Part shown: in pieces, positions 11,071 to 23,908 of the stretch
Position numbering within the stretch: position 1 is the first letter of the stretch
How the letters are laid out: each line of letters begins with the position of its first letter
Made by a program: the position numbers and the translations under genes
The notes under the pieces: model-generated
The model's database searches: none
The model's input: only the letters and a program-made list of their open reading frames with translations
Told to the model about the DNA's origin: nothing
NCBI GenBank assembly: GCA_030390025.1
Contig: JASTWF010000093.1
Coordinates: forward strand, 1,054,001-1,118,000
From: Squalus acanthias
Taxonomy: Eukaryota
Reading direction: 5' to 3'
Length of the DNA stretch: 64,000 bases

Positions 11071-12158
11071 TTGCTGTATAAACCGTATTTAACAGATACA
11101 AGGACCCATGAGTCAGTGACACAATGACAGATGTTTGTTGATATTTGCCGGGCACTTAGACTACGAGTAAGCGATATAGGTCTATATGCTCACAAGTAGG
11201 AGGCCCATTGAAGACATACAAATACCCCTCATGTAGTTTGCAGCACTGGGACTCAATGCGCTCTGCTCATGTTGTTACAAGGTATAATGAATAGTTATAC
11301 TACCCAGTTATGCCTTGGGTAAAAGTCACAGTAAGGGTTGTCTGCACCCACTGGCTTGTGCCCAGGCCCATATCCAAGTGTCTCCCCAAATTTGACTCAA
11401 ATCTTCTACCCTTAACCTTTGCTGGGGTCCCCTTCTTATACCATGACTTTCAATTCAAATCTCGGACGTTCCCTTGGACCCATCACTCAACATTCCTTTC
11501 CCTTTCCATAGGGTCTCTCATGTCACCTGACCTGACCCAGTCCTTCCTTTTTGTAAATTTCCACAGCAGATAAGCTATTTCAAGAACTTTGGTTCTGCAT
11601 GTAGGCCCCTTCTCTATGTCTGATTTCTATGGTTCAGCAGATCCCTAACACCACATTCATCTGTGTCCTGTAATTCTCAAACCATTATAACCTCGTGATC
11701 GATCCTACACTACCCTTTCAAGACACTATTGTTTAGCTGTGTGTATATCGTGATAGAAGGTTTCTTCTTCAGTCAAGCTAGCCATTATTTTCCCCATCTA
11801 GCCTTCTGCTAAGTTAGTTACTTTGGCCTGTAATCTAATTATGATTTTATATATACACATGCATGTAGACAAAGGTATTAATATGCAAATTAACTATAAT
11901 CTCACATGTGACAAAATTGTAACTGCCTCTCACCTATAGTGTCCAACCTTTCTTTTTACTGCAGTCTTTCTTGCTTTTATTTTATCAATACTGCTATGCT
12001 CAGCACTTCCTTGAACTCACCTCTCTTGTTCCTCATTAACTGCAAATTCGCTGGCATACAAACTCTTCCTTCTCCTGGCATTGCACTGAAATCAAGATTA
12101 ATTTCACTGTTTTCCAACTCTAACTAGTTATCTGGAGTTTAAAACCCAGCACGAGACA
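11071..12158 (-). mobile_element. LTR-like element, about 1.1 kb
   Basis: Starts TG on -; two segments of about 200 bp shared with 44059-45127 (TGTTG...CAACA); no clear TSD. Confidence 0.5.
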
Positions 12159-12209
12159 CTTCCCCACATGGAGGGAGAGAAATCAAGCTGCATCACTGGC
12201 ATTTTGTTT

Positions 12210-12705
12210 TTTATTCATTCATGGGATGTGGGCATCACGGGCAAGGCCAGCATTTATTGCCCATCCCTAATTGCCCTGGAGAAGCTGGTGGTGAGCCGCC
12301 TTCTTGAACCGTTGCAGTCCGTGTGGTGAAGGTGCTCCCACAGTGCTGTTAGGGAGGGAGTTCCAGGATTTTGACCCAGCGACGATGCAGGAGCAGTGAT
12401 ATATTTCCAAGTCAGGATGCTGTGTGACTTGGAGGGGAACTTGGAGGTAGTGGTGTTACCATGCGCCTACTGCCCTTGTCCTTCCAGGTGGAAGTGGTCG
12501 CGGGTTTGGGAGGTGCTGCCGAAGAAGCCTTGGCCAGTTACTACAGTGCATCTTGTAGATGGTACACACTGCAGCCACGGTATGCCAGTGGTGGAGTGAA
12601 TGTGTAAGGTGGTGGATGGGGTGCCAATCAAGTGGGCTGCTCTGACCTGGATGGTGTCGAGCTTCTTGAGTGTTGTTGGAGCTGCACTCATCCAGGCAAG
12701 TGGAA
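12210..12705 (-). mobile_element. 3' end of second LINE family (CR1/L2-group, 'family B')
   Basis: AWMSAAPTTLKKLDTIQ, tail GGGCAATTAGGGATGGGCAATAAATGC...(ATGA)n. Confidence 0.8.
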
Positions 12706-13541
12706 GTAATGAGGGGATAAACGATAGTGTGAATGCTTACTACTAAAAAGTACAACATCTTCAATCTTAGTCTTTCCATCCCCAGACAAAAACACTTGTC
12801 TCAAAATAGAAGTTATATGAACAATCGCCGCTTAAATTTCACCATTAAAAATCTATTTACATCTACATCACTGTTCCCTAGATAGTCACAAAAAGAATCA
12901 CAAGGGGGGTAGTGTAGAAATGACTTTGAATTATCCTTTGTATGAGTGTCATGGTGCTATCAAATGCAGTAGTGGATTTGTGTGTTTCTATTCATTCACG
13001 TATCCAAGACAAACTCATTGCAGGCTTTTTTTTAAAATTCACAGGGAAATTGCACCACATCCAGAAGTACAGGTAGCAGGCTGTGTCTGGAAGAATTCCA
13101 GATATTTCAATTTTCTACCCAAACTACAATTTTACAATCAGAATCTCCAATTATTCGTACCAACTGCTTGTGCTCTCATTCAAGTTTTATCCATGAGCTA
13201 AATAAATGGAGAGTGCATCCCACGTACCAACCATACATCAGGAGTCTCCACTTACTTTTTAAAATTGTTTCTGGTCTCTATGTAAAACAACATAGCTAAA
13301 TGTCATTTATAAATATATATTATTTCTGTATAACACGAGAGCTGGAAAAATCCCTGGTGTGAAAAAAGTGACAAAAATGCGAGTCACCCTGCCACAGAAA
13401 ATAAATTTTGCACCTTCACTAATTTCCTCTCCCTTCAGAAGCTTATAGATCCACCACTGACAACTGCAAGATGGAGCAAATATGCAGAAAAAGTTAATAA
13501 ATTCTTCAAGTTCATTAATTTATATAAAAAATAATGCTTAC

Positions 13542-13667
13542 CTGTTGCGAAAACAAACAGAAGAACTGATAAATACTGAGGTGTAATAAAACAGACACTC
13601 TCAAACCAATTCAAGAGCAGCATAGGTCGAGGTGCCTGGGAACAGGTCCCCTTCCTGCCATCCTGTT
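13542..13667 (-). pseudogene. Candidate orphan leader (signal peptide) exon
   Basis: TTTCCAG acceptor, ATG at 13623, MLLLNWFESVCFITPQYLSVLLFVFAT, phase-1 G|GTAAG donor; no downstream Ig exon found. Confidence 0.35.
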
Positions 13668-14230
13668 CTGGAAATGCATTTTTATTTTCCCCATTCTATA
13701 CTGTATGAGTGAATTATCATAAGGGAAAGAAAGAGCATTAAAAAGCATCCTGAAAGAAGCAACATTTGTGAAGGTGGCATTGGCAAAAAAACTGCCTTTT
13801 GCCTTGTAGAAATGCCAAATTCTGTGCTCCCGGCAGGAAAGCCACACTGAAAGGGATCAGAAGTTGGGGGAGGAGAGATACTGCACTGTAGCCCCAATTC
13901 TCTGATCGCCCCCCCCCCACAAATTGAACTTTCCAAGTGTTTTTCGTCAGCTCAATTGCTACAGCACTGTGAAGAGCTGTTATAGCATTAAGTCACAGCA
14001 ATGAATATCCCCCCCTGCTGAAACAGGTACGATCCACCCATGGACAGTTTGTTGAAAGACATATCGGCCCGTATTTTGCGAGGCCCACGGGTGCGTACGA
14101 GGTGCCCAGGAGTCCTCAGGATGAAAGCACTAACTCTCCGTGCGCGCAGAGACTGAAGGCAAGTGCGCATCTCTTTTGCTGGTCGGAGGCTTCTGTTCGC
14201 AGGAAGCCTCTGATCGGGATTTCAGGCCCA

Positions 14231-14385
14231 TCAGGTCATGAAGTATAGTTTTGGTGGATCGTACTTTCTGCCCAAGACATTTTTCTTGTAAACCAATGCT
14301 AGAATTAGAATTATGATCATCAATCCAGGTGTTATCAGGGGAGCAAGCAGCATCCATCGCTTTCTTGTAAAATCAGTTTGAATTT
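14231..14385 (-). pseudogene. TM/cytoplasmic exon of minus-strand B7-like gene
   Basis: TTTTACAG acceptor; EIQTDFTRKRWMLLAPLITPGLMIIILILALVYKKNVLGRKYDPPKLYFMT*. Confidence 0.8.
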
Positions 14386-14867
14386 CTGTAAAATAAAAGT
14401 TACAGCAATGCTTTCAGTGCTAGTTTGAATTTCTTTGACAATACATTTTAAATGAACAATTTGACTTCAAAAATGCTGATTGTATGATGCATAAAATGTG
14501 ACATTGAATAAGCTGGTACTAAATTAGAAGTTACAGATGTGGCTGAAAAGGATCAAATATACTTTGTGTGACTAAGTTAGAACTCAATTTGTACATCAAA
14601 TGGGAGGTTAGCAGTGGAAAACATTTCGGGGAGGATTTAGCCCCCCTCTGCTCTGGAGCAGAGTTAAAATGGAGGTGGTGTGCTCACTGCCCCATTCTCA
14701 ATCCACTGGCATTTTGCTGGGGCCTTCTGCTGGGTGCCCCAGGCAACCACCTGAATCAGGTGCACGCCTCATTAGCCTATGCAAATCGGGGTCCTGTGAA
14801 ATACATTCTCACTGGCTTTTTAAACCTGCTTATACATTTTAGGTAATTTACCCGACTGTTTACTACG

Positions 14868-15265
14868 GGAATGGTAGCATTGTGGTTGTTACTGGACTAG
14901 TAATCCAGAGGCCTGGACTAATGATCCAGAGACATGAGTTCAAATCCCACTCATGGCAGCTGGGGAATTTAAATTCAGTTAATTAAATAAATCTGGAATA
15001 AAAAGCTAGTATCAGTACTGGTGACAATGAAGCTACCAGATTGTCATAAAAACCCATTTGGTTCACTAATGTCCTTCAGGGAAGGATATCTGCCGTCCTT
15101 ACCTGGTTTGGCCTATACTCCAGACCCACAGCAATGTGGTTGACTCTTAACTGCCCTCTGAAATGGCCTAGCAAGCCACTCAGTTGCCAAGAAGGTAGCT
15201 CATCAAGGGCAATTAGGGATGGGCAATAAATGCCAGCGATGCCCACATCCCATGAATGAATAAAA
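14868..15265 (+). mobile_element. tRNA SINE (Meta-SINE-like core) with family-B LINE tail
   Basis: GAGTTCAAATCC B box, AAAACCCATTTGGTTCACTAATGTCCTTCAGGGAAGGA core, tail shared with 12210-12280. Confidence 0.7.
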
Positions 15266-15539
15266 ACCAAACATTTTGAACTGCCACCTTGGCAGAGTGT
15301 CTGCTCAGTAAAACTCGGTGGTACAGAAGCAGCCCAAAAAAGGTAAATGATTTTTGTGGCCAGGTGAAGGAGCACTTCTCCCGGCTCCACAAGAATGATG
15401 TGGGCCACTGTCACTACCTCTCCACCCTGCTTCCCATGATCACAACCCCCCTCATGTCAGCTGCCAGATAGTTAATATCTAGGCCTTCTCCTATTTGGGG
15501 AAAAGATTCACTGCATAGGATCCAAATCAATTAACTTAC

Positions 15540-15821
15540 CCAACGAAAGAAATGTCCTGGAAAGGGACTGCTGCAGAACATCATTCCTTAATCTAAATGT
15601 GTAGTTTGAACTCTGACTGGTATCATTGGTTTGCAGAATACTCCGCAGTGAATACAGTCCATCTTCCTTAAGTTGAAACAAGGTCTCAGACAGGGCAGAA
15701 ATATCCTGGTGTTTTTCATTGTACCAGAAAACAGTAGCTTTGGGGAAACCTTGGGATTCAAAGGCGAAAGCTGTTCCATCTGGTGTTCATTTGATTATTA
15801 GGCTGGGTTCTGTGTAGTACG
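15540..15821 (-). pseudogene. IgC-like exon with premature TGA (15787-15789)
   Basis: AYYTEPSLIIK*TPDGTAFAFESQGFPKATVFWYNE...DGLYSLRSILQ...NYTFRLRNDVLQQSLSRTF; AG and GTAAG boundaries. Confidence 0.88.
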
Positions 15822-16873
15822 CTGAGGAATTTATAAAAAAGTAGTCAATAGACAAAGGAAATAAAATTCATCAAATACCATCTAAGATTTTAATCCCTGC
15901 TACCATTTTTGGGGGTGGGGGGAGGCGGAAATTGAAAAGCAACAATTTTCTCCTAAAGGCAGTAACTCATGCCAGAGCATGGTTCCACAAACACCAGCAG
16001 TCCTCCAGTACATCACACAAGTGGTCATTCTTCCCGTGTCATCTTAGATGGAGTGTTTGCGGGCAAATTGACCATTACATCAGAGCCCAATCCAGTCCTC
16101 ACAGGACAGCTACTTCATGTAGCTTCCAGCGGGGATCAATGGATAGCAATCAAAAGCAGGAACCCTACCAGAGTTTTCTCTTCCTAGTTCATGGGCAGAG
16201 GCCAAATGAAGTGTTGCCCTGGTTAAGGTCAGGTAACCTGGGAACAAACTAGCTAAAATCAAACCAGATACTCCTGGCTCTGTATATAGTAAGAATATAG
16301 CCACTACTCCAGCTAATCGAATTAGTAGGTCCATGTGTCCAGTGGCTTTTTAATACTTAAAAAAACCCCAAGATTTAGCTTCTGCCTTATCTTACAATGA
16401 TACATCAATCATAGTAAGCATACAAGTGCCACGTGTCAGTGTACTTAAATAAGTCAGCTTGTTGGATGGAACCTGGAGGTTGTTTCCAGTGTTTTTAATA
16501 TTATTGTCTAAAAATATATATATACACACACTCAGTTGTTGAGTATATTCAACAGATCGATAGATTTTTGGATACTAAGGGAATCAAGGGGTATGGGGAT
16601 AGTGCGGGAAAGTGGAGTAGAAGTAGAGATCAGCCATAATCTTATTGAAGGGCAGAGCAGGCTCGAAGGCATTGTCTTGTTTTTTTAAGGTTGCTCCGCT
16701 ACACTATTGATTTAATAAAAATTTAAACACTCAAAAATAGCAACTGATTTCAATTGCGTGAAAAGGACTTATACCAGTTATACTGAAATGGATACTGAAA
16801 TCATACATTAAACAACGGTTTTAATCTACAACACTGGAAGAAAAAAAAAGTCAAGATGCAAATTAAAACATAC

Positions 16874-17373
16874 CGGCAAAATTTAGAGACACAATTCCTG
16901 TACTATTTTCTATTGGAGTGCTGATAAAGCACATGTACTGTCCAGCATCCTTTGGTCTGACTCCTTCTAATTTTAGGGAAAAAAATGAGAAGTCGCACAA
17001 CACCAGGTTATAGTCCAACAGTTTTATTTAAAATTACGAGCTTTAAATAAAACTGTTGGACTATAACCTGGTGTTGTGCGACTTCTCATTTTTTTCCACC
17101 CCAGTCCAACACCGGCATCTCCGCATCATAATTTTAGGGAAGCATTTCCCCATTTAACCTCCTCTGGGAAAAGGCTCGCTCTCCCCAAATACTGCCGACT
17201 CTGCCGATCTTCTCTGCTGTTGGAACTGAAGATCACCTCTTTGGTCTCGACACGTTGCCAGATGATGATGATTTGGTCTAAGGAGTCACCAACGAGGAAG
17301 TGACACGGCAGGACTGTATTTTGACCATGGATGGCGAGTACGGCTTCTTCCCAAACACTTACTTGTTGTTGAT
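16874..17373 (-). pseudogene. IgV exon interrupted by 161-bp insertion (element plus TSD)
   Basis: DQQQVSVWEEAVLAIHGQNTVLPCHF...IIIWQRVET...YLGRASLFPEEVKWGNASLKL / EGVRPKDAGQYMCFIS...VSLNFA. Confidence 0.9.
16981..17128. mobile_element. Palindromic Penelope (family 2) pLTR insertion
   Basis: 13-bp TSD TAATTTTAGGGAA (16968-16980, 17129-17141); perfect 56-bp inverted arms. Confidence 0.85.
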
Positions 17374-17452
17374 CTGTAAAATTGCAGATGGATTAACTAC
17401 TCTTTTCATAGACAAATAATATATTTTAATCCATCACATTAAAAAACAGCAT

Positions 17453-17645
17453 GGGCCTGAAATTCCTGCGGTATCCACTCCATCAAAGCAAGTGTTAGAG
17501 TGGAACATCCGTCCACCTTTGCAGAATTTAATTGGCCAGTGTAAACAGGGCAGAATTCCAATGTGTAGGTTCTGCCCCAAATTTCTGGCCAAGGGTAGAA
17601 AAATCAGGCTTTCTGCCCTCTCCCTGTCCCAGGAATTTCAGGGCC
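17453..17645. mobile_element. Small Harbinger-like MITE
   Basis: TIRs GGGCCTGAAATTCCTG / CAGGAATTTCAGGGCC. Confidence 0.55.
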
Positions 17646-17976
17646 TTGCTCTTGCAGAAAGATTATGCCTCACTTTTGCAATTTGGAAAATGCACAGCAT
17701 CAATGGGAGACATTTGTCAGACCTCGACAGCAAAATACTATCAGCTATATTACTAATACAGGTCTTGAATTCATGCTCAGCACCAAGCAGACTTCCCAGC
17801 ATTAACCATTGCAAAACAAACATGTTTACCGCGCTGGTAAACCAGGGCATTCTGGTTTGTATTTGTTCTTGTGCAGTACTTTTTCCTCCTATCAGATGAA
17901 CCCAGACTTTAAAAGTACAGAAGGTTGCAAAAGTTACTAACAAGTTATTGAAATTGCAAGAGTTACTAGCAATAAT

Positions 17977-18375
17977 GGCCCGGATTTTGTAGTCAGTGGT
18001 GAAGGAGCGGCGCTCGACCATCATTACGCTTACAGCTGCCCCCACAGGCTTTGTGCAGGCTTTTGAGCAGCAACTTACAGTACTTGGAGATAATTTTCAG
18101 CGTAGACTTATCATGCCATTAAAAATTCACTTACACATGAATGCACCAGCCCTAACTTTTTCGACTGTGTTTAGTGGACAAAAACTGCAACTTCACGCCC
18201 TTAATGCAGAGTCTCTCGGCGAGGTACCAGTGTAGCGCAACTTGTGGAGGAGCAACATCCCGATTTCTCCATTTAACTGCGCATGTGCGGAATCCGAAAG
18301 TTGCTGTCCAATTTACTTCATAATAACGGTGAGCGCGGTTTGCCTCACGTTATTTCTACCGCAAAAATCTGGGCC
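17977..18375. mobile_element. Harbinger-like MITE
   Basis: TIRs GGCCCGGATTTT / AAAATCTGGGCC. Confidence 0.6.
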
Positions 18376-19392
18376 ATGTCTATGAAGCGAAAATCCAAAA
18401 GATCACAACTCGGCCTTCGCAATGCTCAAAATAAGTTATCAAGTTTATACAAAAGATTTTAAACTTAGCAGAAAACAGCACTAATTTTAAAATCATCATC
18501 GTCGTCAGAAAAGCAGAACTCTGAGAACGTTGAGGCATCTTATTAATCGGATTCTGTGAATAAAGTAATGAATTCAAAGTTATCATTCAGTTTGTTACAA
18601 TTTGCAGTTTCCCTTCCTCTCCTGAAGGTGGTGACTCTCCATTTCCCCCAGCAGTGGTTGCCCTGACACTTTACCCGAGTCCCCAATATTCATACGTGAG
18701 CCTCGACAATCGATATCAGCAGACGATCAAACATCACAGCCAAGCACAATCCCCTCCTCAACCAGCATCCATCCACATGATTTTCCACATACAGATCACT
18801 AGATAGCAGTCAGGAGAAGGGAACCCTAACCCATATAATAATGCCCCTACTGTTAGCCTAGCTGAGAATAGCAAGATCTGTATAGGCCAGGAATTGAAGC
18901 AAATAGATTCTTAGCCCGTATGACTGAGGAGTGGAGACTTTACCAAGTCAACATTTTGTTAAATGCAATCCTTTGTACTTTAACAAAGGAAGTAACTCTT
19001 CTCCCCCATGTCAATTTTCCTCTCAATCTCCTTCCCTGAAGTTTGACTCTCTGCAGGGTATGGTTCCACAGGACAGGTCCACCCTCAGCTACCTGACCAA
19101 GTGGCCATTATTCATGTGTAAACCTCGACAGCCTGCTTAACCACAAAACCATCACAGTTCAGTCTGTTCCTGTACCCACCTGATGCACATACCTGCATCC
19201 TGCTGATGGTGGTTCCCGGAGAGGGAATCTTGACCAATTTTCTAACTAACCCAGAGGTCAACGATTACACCACTGGTACAGCCCAGCTGAGGTTAACTAA
19301 ATCAGCAGAGACTGGAGATCTAAGGAGTATGATTTTTATTTGAAGCAGACCATGAACAAGGAACAAAAATGAAAACAGAAATAAGCATGTAC

Positions 19393-19527
19393 CTGCAAAT
19401 ATTAGACACAATGCCCTGGCCACTTCATTTTGCATTACTGACAAAGCACATGTACTGTCCAGCATCCTCTGGTCTCACTCTGTCTAGCTTCATTGAAACG
19501 CTCCTTGTTTTAACTCCTCTGGGAATA
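19393..19527 (-). pseudogene. 3' remnant of a third B7-like IgV exon
   Basis: FPEELKQG..MKLDRVRPEDAGQYMCFVSNAK*SGQGIV..IFAG|GTACAT; highly similar to 33932-34069; truncated by CR1 tail. Confidence 0.85.
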
Positions 19528-19528
19528 T

Positions 19529-21525
19529 CAGAACATAAGAAATAGGAGCAGGAGTCGGCCATTTGGCCATTCCATAAGATCATGGCTGATCTTCTACCTC
19601 ATCTCCATAGACCTCTGGGGTAGGGAATTCCAAAGATTCACCACCCTCTGAGAGAAGAAATGTCTCCTCATCTCAGTCCTAAACGACCGACCCCTTATTC
19701 TGAGACTGTGACCCCTGGTTCTCGACTCCCCAGCCAGGGGAAACATCCTCTCTGCATCTACCTGTCAAGCCCTGTATGAATTTTGTATGTTTCAATGAGA
19801 TCACCTCTCATTCTTCTAAACTCCTGAGAATATAGGCCTAGTCTACTCAATCTGTCCTCATAGGATAATCCCCCCATCCCAGGAATCAGTCTGGTGAACC
19901 TTTGTTGCACTCCCTCTATGGCAAGTATATCCTTCCTTAGGTAAGGAGACCAAAACTGTACACAATACTCCAGGTGTGGTCTCACCAGGGCCCTATATAA
20001 TTGCAGTATGACGTCTTTACTCTTATACTCAAATCCTCTTGTAATAAAGGACAACATACCATTTGCTTTCCTAATTGCTTGCTGTACCTGCATGTTAACT
20101 TTCAGTGATTCGTGCATAAGGACACCCAGGTCTCTCTGAACACCAACATTTCGCAATCTCTCACCATTTACAAAAATACTCTGCTTTTCTGTTTTTCCTA
20201 CCAAAATGGATAACTTCCACATTATATTCCATTTGCCATGTTCTTGCCCACTCACTTAATCGGTCTATATTCCCTTGTAGCCTCCTTGCATCCTCCTCAC
20301 AACTTACATTCCCACCCAGCTTTGTATCATCAGCAAATGTGGATATATTACATTTGATCCCCTCATCCAAATCATTGATGTAGATTGTGAATAGCTGAGG
20401 CCCAAGCACTGATCCTTGCGGTACCCCACTAGTTACAGCCTGCCAACCCGAAAATGACCCGTTTATTCCTACTGTCTGTTTTCTGTCCATTAACCAATCC
20501 ATGCTAGTATATTACCCCCAATCCCATGAGCCTTAATTTTGTTTAATAACCTCTTGTGTGGCACCTTATCTGAAAATCCAAATACACCACATCTACTGGT
20601 TCCCCCTTATCTATTCTGCTAGTTACAGCCTGAAAAAACTAATAGATTTGTCAAACACGATTTCCCTTTCATAAATCCATGTTGACTCTGCTCAATCCTA
20701 TTATTTTCTAAGTGCCCTTTTACCACATCCTTAATAGATTCATGCATTTTCCCTACTACTGATGTCAGGCTAACTGGTCTGTAGTTCCCCGTTTTCTCTC
20801 TCCCTCCTCTCTTAAATAGTGGGGTTACATTTGCTACCTTCCAATCCGCAGGAACCGTTCTAGAATCTGTGGAATTTTGGAAAATGACAACCAATGCATC
20901 CACTATCTCTATAGCCAACTCTTTCAAAACCCTAGGATGTAGGCCATCAGGAACTGGGGATTTATTGGCATTCAGTCCCATTAATTTCTCCAGTACTATT
21001 TTTTTTTACTAATACTAATATCTTTCAGTTCCTCATTCTCGCTAGACCCTTGGTTGTCCAGTATTTCCGGGAAGTTTTTTGTGTCTTCTTCCATGTAAAC
21101 AGACACAAAGTAGTTGTTTAATTTCTCTGCCATTTCCTTATTCCCCATTATAACTTCTCCTGTCTCAGCCTGTAAGGGAACTACATTTACTTTCACTAAT
21201 CTTTTCCTTTTTACATACCTATAAAAGCTTTTACAGTCTGTTTTATGTCTCTCGCTAGTTTACTCTCATTCTATTTTCCTTTTATCAATTTCTTTGTCCT
21301 CCTTTGCTGAATTTTAAAATCCCCCCAATCCTCAGGCTTAATACTCTTTTTGACAGCATTATAAGCCTCTTCCTTTGATCTAATACTATCTTTAACTTCT
21401 CTTGTTAGCCACAGTTGGACCACTTTTCCTGTGAGGTTTTTGTGCCTTAAAGGAATGCATATTTCTTGTAAATTATGTGTTAATTCTTTAAATGCTAGCC
21501 ATTGTTCATCCACTGTCATACCCTT
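19529..21525 (-). mobile_element. CR1 LINE, frameshifted ORF2
   Basis: RT fragments 19758-21519; 3' tail at about 19530. Confidence 0.92.
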
Positions 21526-23248
21526 TAATGGATCACTTTTGATTTTGGGTTTTTATGCCCTAGAGGAATATATGTTTGCTGAAAATTATGCATTATTTCC
21601 TTGAATGTTAGCCATTGTATGTCCACCTTCATACCTTTTAGTGTAGTCTCCCAATCTACCATGGCCAACTTGTCCCTCATACCCTTGTAGTTTCCTCTGT
21701 TTAGATTGACGACCTTAGTTTCAGATTGGACTACATCACTCTGAAAATTAATGTAAAATTCAATCATATTATGGTCACTTGTCCCTAAAGGCCCCTTTAC
21801 CACAAGATTATTGATTAGCCCTTTCTCATTACACAGTACCAGATCCAGAATAGCCTGTTCCCTGGTTGGTTCCTCTACATACTGATCCAGGAAACCATCT
21901 CGCATGCATTCCAAGAATTCGTCCCCCACACCATTAGTGGTAATTTGATTTGCCCAGTCCATATGTAGATTAAAGTCCCCCATGATTACCGTATTGCCCT
22001 TGTTACATGCACTTCTAATTTCTGGATTGATACTGTGCCCTACATTACCATTACTGTTTGGTGGCCTATACACAACTCCCACCAATGTTTTCCGCCCTTT
22101 GCTGTTTCTTAGCTCCAACCAAACTGAATCCAGTTCTACATCACGATCTGCCGAGCCAAGATCTTTTATCTCTACCGTACCGATCTCATCCCTTATTAAC
22201 AGCGCTACGCCACCTCCTTTTCCTTTTTGTCTGTCCTTCCTAAATGTTGAGCACCCTGGAACATTCAGTTCCCAGCTTTGGTTACCCTGCAGCCATGTCT
22301 CTGTAATGGCAATGACATCATATCCATTTACTTCTATTAGTGTCATTAATTTCATCCACCTTGTTGCGAATGCTACGTGCATTTAGATAAAGTGCCTTCA
22401 ACTTTGCCTGTTTAATATTTTTCTGCACTTTGACCCTCTTTACTATTGGCCTTTGTTTCTGCTCCCTACTAGTTTTGCTGACTACTTTTCTAACTTGCAC
22501 TTCCAGCTTTGTTTCTCTCCATTCTGGGCCCTCACTTAGGTTCCCAGCCCCCTGACAAACTAGTTTAAATCATTCCCAACAGCTCTAGCAAACCCCCCTG
22601 CGAGGATATTGGTCCCAGTTCTGCCGAGGTGTAATTCGTCCAGCTTGTACAGGTCCCGCCTTCCCCAGATTCGGTCCCAATGCCTCAGGAATTTAAATCA
22701 CTCCCTCCCACACCATCTCTCCAGCCATGCATTCATCTGGTCTATTCTCCTATTTCTGCTCTCGCTAGCACGTGGCCCTGGGAGTAATCCTGAGATTACT
22801 ACCTTTGAGGTCCTGCTTTTTCATTTATTTCCTAGCTCCCTATATTCTGCTTGCAGGACCTCATCCCTCTTTCTACCTATGGCGTTGGTACCGATATGGA
22901 CCACGACCTCTGGCTGTTCACCATCCCCCTTCAGAATGTCCTGCAGCCGCTCAGTGACATCCTTGACCCTGGCACCAGGGAGGCAACATACCATCCTGGA
23001 GTCACATCTGCGGCCACAGAAACGTCTATCTGTTCCCCTTACGATAGAATCCCCTATCACTATTGCCCTCCCACTCTTTTCCTCCCCTCCTGTGCAGCTG
23101 AGCCACTCGTAGTGCCACGGACTTGGCTCTTGCTGCATTCCCCTGAGAAACCATCTCCCCCAGCAGTATCCAAAATGGAAAATCTGTTGGAGAGGGAGAT
23201 GGACCCAGGGGACTCCTGCACTACCTTCCTACTTCTTTTACTCTGACT
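21526..23248 (-). mobile_element. CR1 LINE 5' half (ORF1 SGNH esterase + APE endonuclease)
   Basis: IVIGDSIVRG, LNARSIRNK, ITETWL, GVVYRPP, GDFN; near-identical to 51281-52998. Confidence 0.92.
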
Positions 23249-23282
23249 GGCAAGGACAGCATTTATTGCCCATCCCTAACTG

Positions 23283-23908
23283 CCATCTTCAGCTGCTTCA
23301 TCAATGACCTTCCCTCCAACATAAATTCAGAAGTGGGGATGTTCGCTGATGACTGCACAGTGTTCAGTGCCATTCACAACTCCTCAGATAATGAAGCAAT
23401 CCATGCCCGCATGCAACAAGACCTGGACGACGTTTAGGCTTGGGCTGATAAGTGGCAGGTAACATTCGCGCCACAGAAGTGCCAGGCAATGACTATCTCC
23501 AAGAAGCGAGAGTCTAACCACCGCCCCTTGACATTCAATGGCATTACCATCGCCGAATCCCCCAGCATTAACATCCTGGGGGTCAGCATTGACCAGAACC
23601 TTAACTGGTCCAGCCACATAAGTACTGTGGCAACAACAGCAGGTCAGAGGCTAGGTATTCTGCGACGAGTGTCTCACCTCCTGACTCCTCAAAGCCTTTC
23701 TACCATCTACAAGGCACAAGTAAGGAGTGTGATGGAATGCTCTCCACTTGCCTGGATGAGTGCAGCTCCAACAACACTCAAGAAGCTCGACACTATCCAG
23801 GACAAACAGCCCGCTTGATTGGCACCTCATCTCCCACCTTAAACAGTCACTCCCTCCACCACTGGCGTACCGTGGCTGCAGTGTGTACCATCTACAAGAT
23901 GCACTGCA
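23283..23908 (+). mobile_element. Family-B LINE RT C-terminal fragment
   Basis: MFADD, IYKAQVRSVME; duplicate of 53033-53658. Confidence 0.85.

Larger units (their letters stand above)
14231..18553 (-). pseudogene. B7/CD276/butyrophilin-like Ig pseudogene (leader?-IgV-IgC-TM)
   Basis: Phase-1 exons: IgV 17373-16874, IgC 15821-15540, TM 14385-14231, putative leader 18553-18469; paralogous to gene at 31421-37227. Confidence 0.85.
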
